The notes under the pieces were generated by a model that was given only the letters and a program-made list of their open reading frames with translations, made no database searches and had not been told where the DNA came from. Of a stretch of 60,000 bases of DNA, positions 40,203 through 51,647 are shown piece after piece. The DNA is taken from positions 12,650,001 to 12,710,000 of the forward strand of contig NC_087252.1 of the NCBI RefSeq assembly GCF_037042905.1. The letters are read 5' to 3'. Each line of letters opens with the position of its first letter. The stretch's first letter is position 1. Source of the DNA: Lytechinus pictus. Its lineage: Eukaryota. Made by a program: the position numbers and the translations under genes.

Positions 40203-40235
<33 letters not shown>

Positions 40236-40270
40236 TCTTTTATAAGAAGAAAGCTAAGAAGTGACTGTCA
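39470..40270 (+). repeat. hAT-family internal fragment with a ~111-bp tandem repeat
   Basis: ggtc(t/g)gaaatctcatt...gctcgcgcttcgcgctcgcatcaattgta at ~39597, 39708 and 39819. Homologous to 36300-36900 and 37070-37590. Confidence 0.75.
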
Positions 40271-40273
40271 TAG

Positions 40274-40311
<38 letters not shown>

Positions 40312-40364
40312 GTGTAAAGTTATACATGTACAACAGCTTTGGCAACTCTTTTATTTAAATATTG

Positions 40365-40515
40365 TAAAGAAATGGATGAAGAGAACAATGGTAGGCGGGT
40401 TCGATTCCCGGCAGAGACATTTTTACGGCATCACCAATTTTTCCAAAGGGTAGATAGCTCTGAGGAACCTTGATTTAAACTACGCCTACCATTGTTCTCT
40501 TCATCCATTTCTTTA
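40365..40515. repeat. Perfect 33-bp inverted repeat enclosing a Pol III B-box, between (TA)n tracts
   Basis: taaagaaatggatgaagagaacaatggtaggcg at 40365-40397, with its exact reverse complement at 40483-40515. GGTTCGATTCCC lies at 40398-40409. Confidence 0.85.
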
Positions 40516-40526
40516 TATATATATAA

Positions 40527-40561
<35 letters not shown>

Positions 40562-41043
40562 GGGTGGTGTGTGTGTGTGTGGTGCCCTTAGTGGTGTGCG
40601 TTTGTGTAATTATGGGGAATTCAATTGTGTCTCCTCCCCCCCCCACCTTTGAGGAGAGATTTCAGCGCCCCCACTGAAAAAATCGTTCCCAGGTCCCTGG
40701 TCATGATGGTTCATTATTGTCAAATCTGTAAAAATAAAAATATTTTATAACTCAAACAATTAAAAAAATAGTGAGGTACATGTACGTCATCGAATCTCCT
40801 ATCCATATCCCTGATTTGTTAAAACTCTTTTGTGAAAACAGTTGTGTTAAAAAAAATTCAATTAGGACATTTAACGTTTCTTCCAATTGAGATGAAATTT
40901 GCATTGTTATGCTTTTTGAATTTTCCTCTTTTTGTTTAAATCAACATTTTTCAAAGGATGGACTTAACCTGCCAATTGTTTAACAACTAAGTAACAGATA
41001 CTGCAGGTGACAGTAACTGATAAGGTGATCTTTGGACACTTAC

Positions 41044-41161
41044 CGAAATTGGTAGAGAAAGAGCGGCAGGATGACCGGTTTCCTCGGAGGTTTAAATCGA
41101 TCTGAGTCTTCTGAGAGTGGAAGTCAACTTGGTTCAATGTTTGTTCATGAGAACTTGCCAT
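41044..41161 (-). other. Candidate first exon of the minus-strand host gene
   Basis: ATG at 41161 is open to ...accaatttcg|GTAAGT (MASSHEQTLNQVDFHSQKTQIDLNLRGNRSSCRSFSTNF). Locally GC-richer sequence with a consensus donor. Confidence 0.45.
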
Positions 41162-41637
41162 GTGAACATGTAAAATTAATAAAAGATATGACGTGCGTTA
41201 GTGCATTGAATTGTTTCCTTGGGTGATCATGTACCACCGTGGGGGGGGGGTGATGTTAACAATATTTTTCAATTTTAATTCTATTCATTTATTTGACATC
41301 CTTTAAAAACATACAAACGTATGTACAAGTATACAACAACAAAGAAGTAAAAGAATTTAAATCACAGTATAAGCGATAAAAAAATAGTAGAAATATAAAA
41401 GAAATGAAAATAAAATGAAGCGGATGTAGGAAGTCAAAAAGGCCATTGACCTGTCAAAAACTCCCTTGATTACTACATAATGGTACGATTAAAAACACAA
41501 ATAGAATAGTGGCAAAAAAATATCGAAATCACCCCCCCCCCCTTAGATAGGCAGTTGGAATTATTAATTATAAGTAGACAGTTCGTTTTGTTTCAATCTA
41601 CATGTACGTTTCAATGATGAGAATGTAACAGATAATC

Positions 41638-42024
41638 TTAAAGTGATTGTTTAACATTGATTTGAATTGTTAAAAATCTGAGCTAGAAGGTCACACTTGT
41701 CACCTGTTTCTGTGATATGTTACAAAAATGAAGCCCAGAAAAAATTGCGTTCGAAAATAATTATTAAGTGCTTCAAAATTGAAATATAAAGTGACCGGAA
41801 ACACCACCTTAATTTCATCCCATACACCTATGTGTACTATTTAGGCGTCTATTCGACGCTTATTTACAAAATCAGGGTTTGCCTTGTAGTTTTAGCTTTT
41901 CTTTCTCAATAATGGTTGTTTTCAGGGTTTATTAGTTCTAATACATGCACTTGTACACATGCTTCATCTTGGTTTAAGAATTTTTTTGAAATCGGCTGCT
42001 CACAAAGTTAAACAATACCTTTAA
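41638..42024. mobile_element. Kolobok-like MITE with TTAA TSD
   Basis: TTAA|agtgattgtttaacattg...caaagttaaacaatacct|TTAA, imperfect TIRs. Confidence 0.65.
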
Positions 42025-42462
42025 AGTATCGGGTAAATTATTCCACAAGTTTGGTCCTTTATAACGAATTGTACATTTAGAAAGCGTATAACGAAAGAAC
42101 GGTATAAATAATTTGTTTCAATTTCTCGTTACATAATTCTTTATACTGCTATTGAATATTAAATAAGTATTAAAACAAGATGGAAAAGTAAAATTCAAAT
42201 TGAAATATTTGTACATAAATAAAATAAATTCATAAAGTTCATTAAGCTTTAAATTTTTGCTTAAAAATAAAATCTGTGTATGAGCACTAAAAAGAAATTT
42301 GTTATTACCATTAGTGCACGTTTTTTAATCACATATATCCTTTGGATAAATATGACGCACAGCCACCCCAGATAATCAGAAAATAATTCAAATGTGGCAA
42401 GATCAAGGTATAATATAATTTACAAAGATGCGTAATGGTAAAATTTACCATAAATAATATAC

Positions 42463-44686
42463 TATAGGTTTTCCAGGTCAAATGTCCGCCGTGTCAGAGC
42501 AAGTGTCCGATTAGGTAATTCAAATGTCAATAGGGAATTCAAATGTCCGATTAGCCAGACTTGTATCCCAATAGATGAATAAAATGTCCTTAGAGAAGTC
42601 AAATGTCTACACAGTAGAATTTATTTTCAATAGGTAAATAAAATGTCCATCTTGCAAATCGAATGTCCCAATAGGTAAATAAGATGTCCATAGGGAATTC
42701 AAATATCCGTTCAATAGCAAATGTTACATAATCATGCATAAATTAAGACATCAAGTCGTACTTAGGTAAATCAAATGTCGTTTAGGTAATTCAAATGTCC
42801 ATTTGCTAATGATGCTGAAAAGAGATTGATTTTTTCTTATGATGTATGACAAATGTACACATTAAGTATCAAAATTTTGTTCAGTAGTAAAGATTATTCA
42901 AACAATAGGGTAAAAACCAATTACAATTTGGTTTATTGAAAGAAAATATTTTTGAAAGCTTAATACAAATAAACATACTTAATATCGAGATATTAAGCGG
43001 TTGCACTTCCTAATTCCGAAGGTTCGTAATTCCGAAACATGCAAATTGCCTATACATCGATGTTCGTTAATCCGAAAACGTAAAAGGGTTCGTTAATCCG
43101 AACATTTGTGGCATTATTCCGAAGGTTCGTTATTCCGAAGGTTCGATAATCCGAAAACGAAATAAGGTTCGATGTTCCGAAGGTTCGTTAATCCGAAAAC
43201 GAAATAAGGTTCGTTGTTCCGAAGGTTCGTTATTCCGAAAACGAAAAAAGGTTCGTTGTTCCAAAGGTTCGTTAGTCCCAAAACGAAATAAGGCTCGTTA
43301 ATCATTAGTTTTCGGACTAACGAACCTTCGGAATTACGAACCTCATTTCGTTTTCGGATTAACGAACCTTCGGAATTATGAACCTCATTTCGTTTTCGGA
43401 CTAACGAACCTTCAGAATTACGAACCTTCGGAAATACGAACCTTCGTAATAACGAACCTTCGGAATATCCTACCCTTCGGAATAACGAAGCTTCGGAATT
43501 ACGAATGTATGTGTAAATAACATTTATTTAAAGGAAAATGCGTTGAAATTTATTGTTATGTCTAAATATCTGTTCTCATCGAACATTGACAATGTAGGCA
43601 TCACTCTGCTAGTTTTCCACATGGTCCAAAACAAGGTAATTAACCAATGATGAAAAAGATGTTAAAAATGAGTAATCGTTAATAAAGATGACAGAACTAT
43701 TGTTTGAATTAATTAAGGAATAAGAGGTACTTTTAATAAATCAAGGTTAGTTGCACAATGATGATTTTTTTTTACAACAAGAATTTGAAACGGTTACCCT
43801 GCCTGAGTGAGCCTATCAAAATGAATACTTCTTATCGACTTAGATACACCCTACCCACCCCATCTAATTAAATTGACTTAAAGTAATTAAAATCAAATTA
43901 CACCCATTGAGACTATCGTAATCACTATATGACATTTGTTTGTTTTCCTATAACAATTGAGTTGAGAAGGAAAAGTTGAAATGGTGGAATAAATGGAAGG
44001 AAGAGAAAAGAGCCTGATACAAAAAGGCGCTCCATCTCCACCAAGACATAAACGGCTCCAAAACAGGGCGGGGTAGAATGAAAAGGGAAGAAATATATAA
44101 TGGTGTACAAAATAAATAAATAAGAAGATGAAAACATACAGGGCCAATCCCCCCCCCCCCCCCAATAAAAAAAAGAAGAAAAAAAGAAAAAAAATAGTAA
44201 ATAAAAAATGAATAAATAAATACAAAAATAAGGATAAAAATCAAGGAGGTCAGCAAATTTGTGAAACGAGGGGGAGGGGGGAGGGGGCGAAATCCCTTGC
44301 CTAAGAAATTGATAGATCGAGCAGGAAGAAAAAGGGAAAGCTGTGTGACAGAAAATAAAAAAGCGAAAGATGAAAAAGTGAAGTTATCACGTTCGAGTCA
44401 TCATTATTTCAAACCGTGGACAATTGAGATCCCTATACGACATTTGTTTTCCCAAGTGGGACATTACACTCTCTAATTGGACATTTCGTTCCCTATGTGA
44501 CTTTTGGTTTCCCTAATCAGATATTTGATTTAGCTATATGGACACTTTGAACCTACATGGACATTTGAAATCCCTAATCGGACATCCGTATTCTTATGCG
44601 GACATTTGTTCATGTACACGGACATTTGAAATACCTATATGGACGATTGGTTTCAATATGTGGACATTTGACCTAGAAAACCTATA
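42463..44686. mobile_element. Foldback-type non-autonomous element with modular subterminal repeats
   Basis: 25-bp TIR tataggtttt(c/t)caggtcaaatgtcc-like with 1 mismatch. ~20-bp aaatgtcc modules at 42480-42800 are mirrored by ggacattt modules at 44420-44670. Confidence 0.75.
43010..43505. repeat. Inverted pair of minisatellite arrays (ttccgaaggttcgtta, ~16-bp unit, 36-37-bp higher order); nested foldback MITE
   Basis: Forward units at 43013-43300 and reverse-complement units (taacgaaccttcggaa) at 43310-43505. Confidence 0.85.
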
Positions 44687-44899
44687 TAAATAAAAAATAG
44701 CTGTAAAGAAATTATAACTTTTTTGCTCTCTGATCGGGTCTCCTTGATAATGACTTTGTTACAGAAAAGAAGAATTGTATCAAATTACTTTTATTCACTT
44801 AGCTGTTCATATCCTTCTGAAAATTAATTGCATATGATAAATTGCATGATGTTTTTTGTTAACTCTGTGAAACAGGTATGTGCCGATTCCTGCGTCTTC

Positions 44900-45740
44900 C
44901 ACCAGTAATCCTCTCGTAACCAACTACCTCCAACCCACACTTCTAATCCAAATTTTCACATCCAGAATTCTAAGCCAAATTTCCTAAACCAAACCTGTAG
45001 CAAACATCTCTAATCCACACGTCAAATCCAAACTTTTAATCCACCTGATCCAATCACATTGCTCAGCAACATGGGACCAACAACCTACACCCACATTTCC
45101 CATTCTGAACTCCAACCCACGATTTAAACCAATTCCCCTATACTCCATTCAAACCAACATCTGACATTATTACCCAAATCTTTCAACCCATATTTCCCTC
45201 CCAGTTATCTAATCCCTCACTTCTAATCTAATTTACTCACCGATACTTATAATTCACACCTTCTGTTCATACATCAAATATTCAGCTCACACATTTATAA
45301 CACTCTTAACCCACCCACACTTCTAATCCACATCTCTTAAACACACCACTATTTTTTTCTTTGCCCTACATTCTCACCAATCTGACCTATCCGCACTTAA
45401 AACCACATTTCCAATCCACACCTCAAATCTTCATCTACACCCACACTCTTATAATCTTTACCCACCAACACTTCTTAGCCACACCTATTAAGAACGCATC
45501 AAACCTTCATCTCCACCCACACTTCTAACCCACTTTACCAACCCACCCTTTTAATTCGCATCTCTTATCCACACCCTAAACCTTTATCTCCATCCACACC
45601 TCTAACGCAATTTCCCAACACACCCTTCTCTTCTACACCCACACTCTTAATAATCTTTACCCACCAACACTTTTAATCCACACCTATTAAGTACGCGTCA
45701 AACCTTCATCTCCACCCGCGCTTCTAACCCACTTTACCAA
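44900..45740 (+). repeat. G-poor degenerate tandem repeat (cccacacttctaatccaca-like)
   Basis: Strong C/A/T skew, with a ~110-bp block at 45432-45540 duplicated at 45632-45740. Confidence 0.7.
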
Positions 45741-47875
45741 CATTGGGCATTGGTGAATAGGCCCCCACCAAAACCGCAGGTGGTTTGCAAGCACCACTTG
45801 ACGGCTAGACCTACCAGGTAGAGGGCTACCGTGACTCACGCCGCCGTTTGATGACGGACAACTATGCAAGGCCTCCCCAAACTTCTGGCCGAGGAGACAC
45901 CGGGCTCCGCCCTTCCATCCGGACCAGCGTGGCCGTCAAACCAAGAAACAAGCCGATTAGATTACTCGGCGTCGGTAATAGTCAGGTCCATTTTTTAAAA
46001 GTGTGCTCAGAAAAAGTTCTTTAGGCATTTTGTGTTAATGCTGATTTATCAATTGTTTTATTGTAATTCATGAGTGCTGAATAAAAAAATGCCGTTTGCC
46101 ATACTTGATTCCGACGTTTTCATCCTTAAATCGGCAAAAAACTAAATGGCGGCATTTTGAATGCAGTTTCTCGTATTAAACGATTTTTATGGGTGATTAT
46201 ATTTAAGAAATTGGGATCTATGCGTTATTTTTGATACCCATGGTTGCAAACATAATGAGTCCGCTTGATTCGCCAGCCATCTTTAATTCCAAGATGGCTC
46301 CCATGACTCACAGCTGCTGATTGATAAATAATATGGCCAATTAATGTTTGATAATTTTGTGGCGATGCTGGCATATTCACATTGTGATATCTTTAACATG
46401 TCCGCCATTTTTCCTCGCCTGCATAGCAGAAGCAAGACATGGACGTCGCTTTTCCAACGGCGGCGAAGTCAACATCAAATCTTAACCGAGGTAAATTTTT
46501 TGAAATGTCATAACTTTTATGGTATTGATGTCTATTTCATGAAACTTAGGATTAAACAAAGTCTATTAAGACAGGTTATAGTTACAAAATGTCGTCAAGG
46601 CTACCTGGAAATCGATCATAGCATCCAAAACGGCAGTCATTGTACCATCATCTTCAAATATAAAGTAAATCCTCAAAATCAAGATCAAAACCATCAAAAA
46701 GCTTTCGAGGCAAATAATGAATCAGGACATGTTTACAAGATAAACATGAGTGTGTGAAGAATCCAAGATTACCTTCCGAAATGGCGTCTAAAATGGACGT
46801 TGTATCTTTAAAATGGTCCAAATTCAAATAATATCCAACTGGCACAAATAACTTTGGGGTCTACCGAGAATAAAATAAAACATAAAAAATCATGGTTCCA
46901 AAGGGAAAAATTACATTGGAAAACTTTCAAGATTTATCAGTGGTGCAGTTATGCAAAAAAAAATGATGAAAGTTGCTATTTTTAAAAATCTGGCTGCAAA
47001 GTGCATATACTATCTACCAAGAAACATGTTCGTGTCTTTCTCATGATTTCAAGGGTCAAATAATATAGGTGAAGACGAATTACAGGGATACACTGTTGTC
47101 CATTTTGTCAAAAAAATTGAAGAACACTCCAAAAAATTACATTCGAATAGGCCACCATTGATACAAAAAATGACAATACTTCATATCCCATCTAGCGCCA
47201 CTATTTTGGTTTTTCTGTTTTTAAGACTCATGAAAATATCTTTCACAAGAATTAGCGACATAATTAGATGGTGGTGCAACACTGATGGGGCGTTGCAAGA
47301 AAGTTATTTTGCAATTGGTTCCAAATCGACTGCAACTTTGCAGCCGATTCCGATCGACTGCAACTAGCAATCAATCCCCAATTTGCGTTGCAAGAAAAAG
47401 GCTTGCGATTGAACGCAAGTTGCAGCTGATTTGCAGACGATTTGCAGCTGTAAACAGGGTCTGCAGCACATGACTAGCTGATGAAGCAAAATAACCCTTG
47501 CGATAATCGTGATTGTGGAAGAGAGTAAGTAGAAAATATTCATTTTTCACAGCTTTCTTTCTCCATTATGTATGTTTTCAGAGAATTTATATGTTTTAGA
47601 CCTATGCCAGGCAAAAAATTATTTTGTAAAAAGTGAAAATGTATCTTTATCGCCAGTCGAAATTTCACCTTCAACAATTTTTTACCACACAATTTGAACC
47701 CAGTCCAACACTTGACTTTTTGTGTCGGTAATGCACGGCTGTACCAACAACACGGCAGGACATTGCCGGTGCAGTGCTGTTAACCCTGAAGCAAATAAAT
47801 TTGTAGGCTCTAATTATGTATGAAACATCGAAAATGACCTTAAAAGATTATTATTGTTCATATTTGAAATGATTT

Positions 47876-49635
47876 TAGTAGTAGTACATCATGTCTTTAT
47901 TAAAGATCAAGCATAACAAAAACCAGGCCCGGCAACCTATCAGGTTGGTCGGCACGTTAAATTTACATTATTACATGATTCATAAATCAGAGTACATTAT
48001 ACATTACAATCATAATACATTATTATATTACTGTTTGATACAGTTTGATAAAGCGGTTACGGCAAAGAGAGGAGAGATCGGAATAATATATCATTTACTT
48101 ATCACTACAGTATACAACATGAAATGGGAAAAATATGTGGATGCAGGTTCAAACGTTTGTAACAATAAATATTCATTCAAACACTTGGCACTGGGGAGGT
48201 AGCATGAAGAGAAAGCGGGAGGGAGAGATAGAGAGAGAGGGGGGGGACTGAGTTTTGGTAGAAGTAAGGGGGAGTAGAGAGTGGAGCAATACTACCGTAA
48301 CTTGTACGAACATGATGCGTTAATATAATCAGATTGGTAAATTAAGGAACAGTAAATACTTTAACTTATGTAAGAGTCTATTATATTTTCATGAATTGGT
48401 CAATCTGCCATGTTGGCTCACGCCTGCCTTGAAATAATACGTAAGAATTAAAAAGAACAGTCTTAACTATTTGGTCCCTAAAATATGGGTATCTTTCTGA
48501 GTGGGTACTGAGATTGAGTATTTCTTTCATTCTATATTTATTTTGGGGGGTTATTAGACCACGTGAACCAATTTCAATGCATATGAGATTGCTCTTCCAA
48601 CCTGTTGCCGTGATGTCGTGTACAAGTCCTGCGTATCTGTCTTGTTTACGTTGGTGTGCGTTTTCAATATTTGTTTCGAATGGTACAGTAAGTTCGATGA
48701 TGGTGATGGTTTTATTATTGTTGTCAATGTAGCAAATATCAGGTTTTTGTTGGGTTGGTATTATGTGTGGTGGTACGGTGCCCCCGTTGATACTTTCCCC
48801 TTCGATGTCTGCATAAACCCTGTTAGTATTGCTTGTTGTGGGTTTTATGTTTTTTAGTATGATGTGTATTATGTTGTTATGGCGCCAGGTTTATCGGTCG
48901 AGCATCTTTTCGCAATTATTGAGAACATGGTGTAAAGTGCCAGTAGAGTTACAAAGATTACATTTGTCTGAGATTCTTTTCCCCCAACGGTACAGGTTTT
49001 TGTTTGTAGGGAGACTATCAATTCAATTGCTGCATTAACCATGGATTTCATAACACCCTGTGGTACATTATAGATAATCGATTTCCATGTCACATCGGTA
49101 TTTTCCATATGAACTACCTTCATGAATTCTCCCTGTACCAGAAGTGGTTCGATCAACTTTATCCACTTTTCTCTACAGTCATCTCTAATTGATATTTAAT
49201 ATGAGTCTTTGCCTGGTTCCAGTTCATAGAGTCCGGTACTTTAAGGTGAGTTTCATGTGCATCTACCGTAAAGGACATTTGCCTTGACCATTCACTTTCC
49301 CTATCTAGTCTGCGGTCGAGGGCATGGTTGACGATCTCATCACCTTTCATCCTGGATCTGCTATAAGCCAGGCAGTGACATATTTGGTAGAGGTCGGAAA
49401 TAGTAGGTATGTTCAGTCCATCAGGATCGTGTACCACAGCTATATTTGCACCGCGATTAGGTATTCCGAACCATAATTTAAGATACTTATCTAATATTAC
49501 ATCGAGCGATTTTAGCTGTGTGGCGTTAATGTCATGAACAGTAAGCATATACCGAAGTGAGGGGAGTGCATATATGGTAAGTATACAAACTTTATATTCG
49601 TTTCTGATATTACTTTTGCTAATGTTCTCAAGTTA
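47876..49635 (-). mobile_element. 5'-truncated, decayed HERO-like non-LTR retrotransposon (post-RT region, CCHC knuckle, restriction-like endonuclease)
   Basis: Post-RT: KYLKLWFGIP, GLNIP. CCHC knuckle: KCNLCNSTGTLHHVLNNC, then TWRHN. RLE: KPDI...IELTVPFE...RK..RY...IEIGSRG. Frameshifts and stops; 3' aataaa plus (cta)n. Confidence 0.88.
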
Positions 49636-50317
49636 TATCAGTTTCAACGGCGAATAACCATCCAGTAAATGGATTCAGTGCAGTCGAATGGCCACAACTT
49701 TTGAGAAACACTCGACAGAAAGCAATTTTTTGTTTTTAACTAAAGGATTTTTGATTCAGCGTTAGGCTTTAAATCAAAGACTTCCATTATTAGATCCTCT
49801 CCATTAGTCTCTTTTTTAAGAATCTGTCTAACCTCCCTTTTTATGACTTTCCTTGGCCTGGCCTCGATAGAGTGAAAATTTAGCTCTTGACTTTGGAGGA
49901 TTTTTTATTATTTATTATTATTTTTTTTATTTTTTTTTCTATTTATTATTATTATTATTATTTTTTTTTTTTTGGGGGGGGGGTTCTCCATATATTTCGC
50001 CAGGCAAACAAAAAACAACAACAAAGGTATAGGGGGTCTACATTATTAATTATTTTTAAAGATGTTATTGGGCTAACCTATTGGCCACATCTGCCACATT
50101 CTTGGGGAAGTTTTAACATTGAAAAGGGAGTTGCCAGCCCAGGGATCTTAAAAAAAAAAATTATGGGCAGATTGCACAAAAGGTTCTTTGCAAGGACAGT
50201 CTATTTGTGTCATTGATTTGTAATGATGTGCTGTTTGAGTCACATGTTTAATATCCATCAAATATAAGATATACATGTAAATACATTTTTTTAGATTTAA
50301 TATGTAGATCTACTATG

Positions 50318-50726
50318 CCTGGGGGGTACTTACATTTGGTTTGGATAGAGGTGTGCGGTTGAAGGTTCAAAATCCATACCCATATTTACATGTCATTTTG
50401 GCTAAAAAGGTACCCATTATTAGGGATTCATTACAGGGGCAGATCCAGGATTTTCAAAGAGGGGGGGGGGCACATTTTCCCCTGGAAAATTTGACAAGCA
50501 AAAAAAAAAGGTTATCACCCAAAATGTAAGGTATTTCGTATTTGCACCTAAGACAATGGAGTAGAATATGGACCCATGTTTAAAGCCAGTATCTAAACCT
50601 TGGGCCATTTTTAGGGATTTTCCAGCATAAAACCATACCCCATGTTTAGGGATTTCTTCCAAAAAAGCAACCCATTCCAGCAGAACATTCCTGTATGCCT
50701 TATTTCGTGAGTACCCCCCCCCCGGC
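50318..50726. mobile_element. MITE with ccgggggggtactcac-like TIRs (EnSpm-like), containing a hAT-like fragment
   Basis: cctggggggtacttac...gtgagtacccccccccgg. An internal caggggcagatccagg starts at ~50434. Confidence 0.5.
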
Positions 50727-51529
50727 TATTATGTAGCTGACTCTTAAATTGACTTTTATACAAGCACATGAATGGATTTAATGGATGATTACAATGCTTT
50801 TCCAAGTGCTTTCAGTAAAAGGGTGTCTCATATGGTGCATCATTATTAATATTGTATGCATAATCATGATTTTTTTTTACATCAAGCATAATGCTCGTGG
50901 GGGGCATATGGTCCCCTTGACATTTTTCAGAATAAATCTGCCACTCAAAATTTGATTACGGGACGGCTGACTGACGTTTTACTTTCAAGTCTCACACAAC
51001 TTTTGAGACCAATTTCCAATACCAAAGGTGCAGGGTCAGGATATTGTGCAACATTGTGTTTGTTTAAGTACATGTCAGACAAAACATGATTACATGTAAA
51101 AAGTCAAAATTCATAATTGGGTAATGTTTTATTGACAATAGTAATTTAATGTCACTGATGATCTTAAAAAAAAATAGAAAAATACTTTTAAGAAATAAAA
51201 AAAAAAACATTAAAAAAAACATGAAAGGAATTTATTTTTAAACCAGAAAGTTGTTAGGAATGCTCTAGAAAGGAATATGTACACCAAAATTTAACATTCT
51301 ATTACAAGCTTTTTTTGTAAATTAAAGCAAAAGGTATGATTTCATAAATAATTTAATTGTGCCACCCATGGCTGAGGAACCATAATGCCCCTCCCCAGGC
51401 CAGAAGTGACTATAATCAAAACACCCTGGGACTACTATAATAATTTACACATTGGCAACTGAGCTTGACTTGTATATTAATTTCATGAACATGTTTAATC
51501 TCTTTGCTTTTTTTCATTGCTTACTACAG

Positions 51530-51647
51530 TTTAATGGATTCGATGACAAAGAAGTCTGGAATAAACAAGAAACCTCAGAATCTCCATAACTGTGTCTGCT
51601 ACAATGTATGTTCTTGCAACCAGCTGATTGATTCATTTTATCAAATG
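51530..51647 (+). other. Candidate 118-nt exon inside the Harbinger-like element
   Basis: ctttgctttttttcattgcttactacAG|tttaatgg...tcaaatg|GTAGGT. The next acceptor precedes 52182, and AATAAA is at 52544. Confidence 0.4.

Noticed and set aside
43010..43505. CRISPR-like appearance (36-37-bp periodicity)
   Set aside because: Units are contiguous with no unique spacers, the array inverts midway, there are no cas genes, and the context is eukaryotic.
45870..45930. HDV-like ribozyme suggested by a minus-strand TCCTCG motif
   Set aside because: I could not form the P3, P1 and P2 pairings around the motif.
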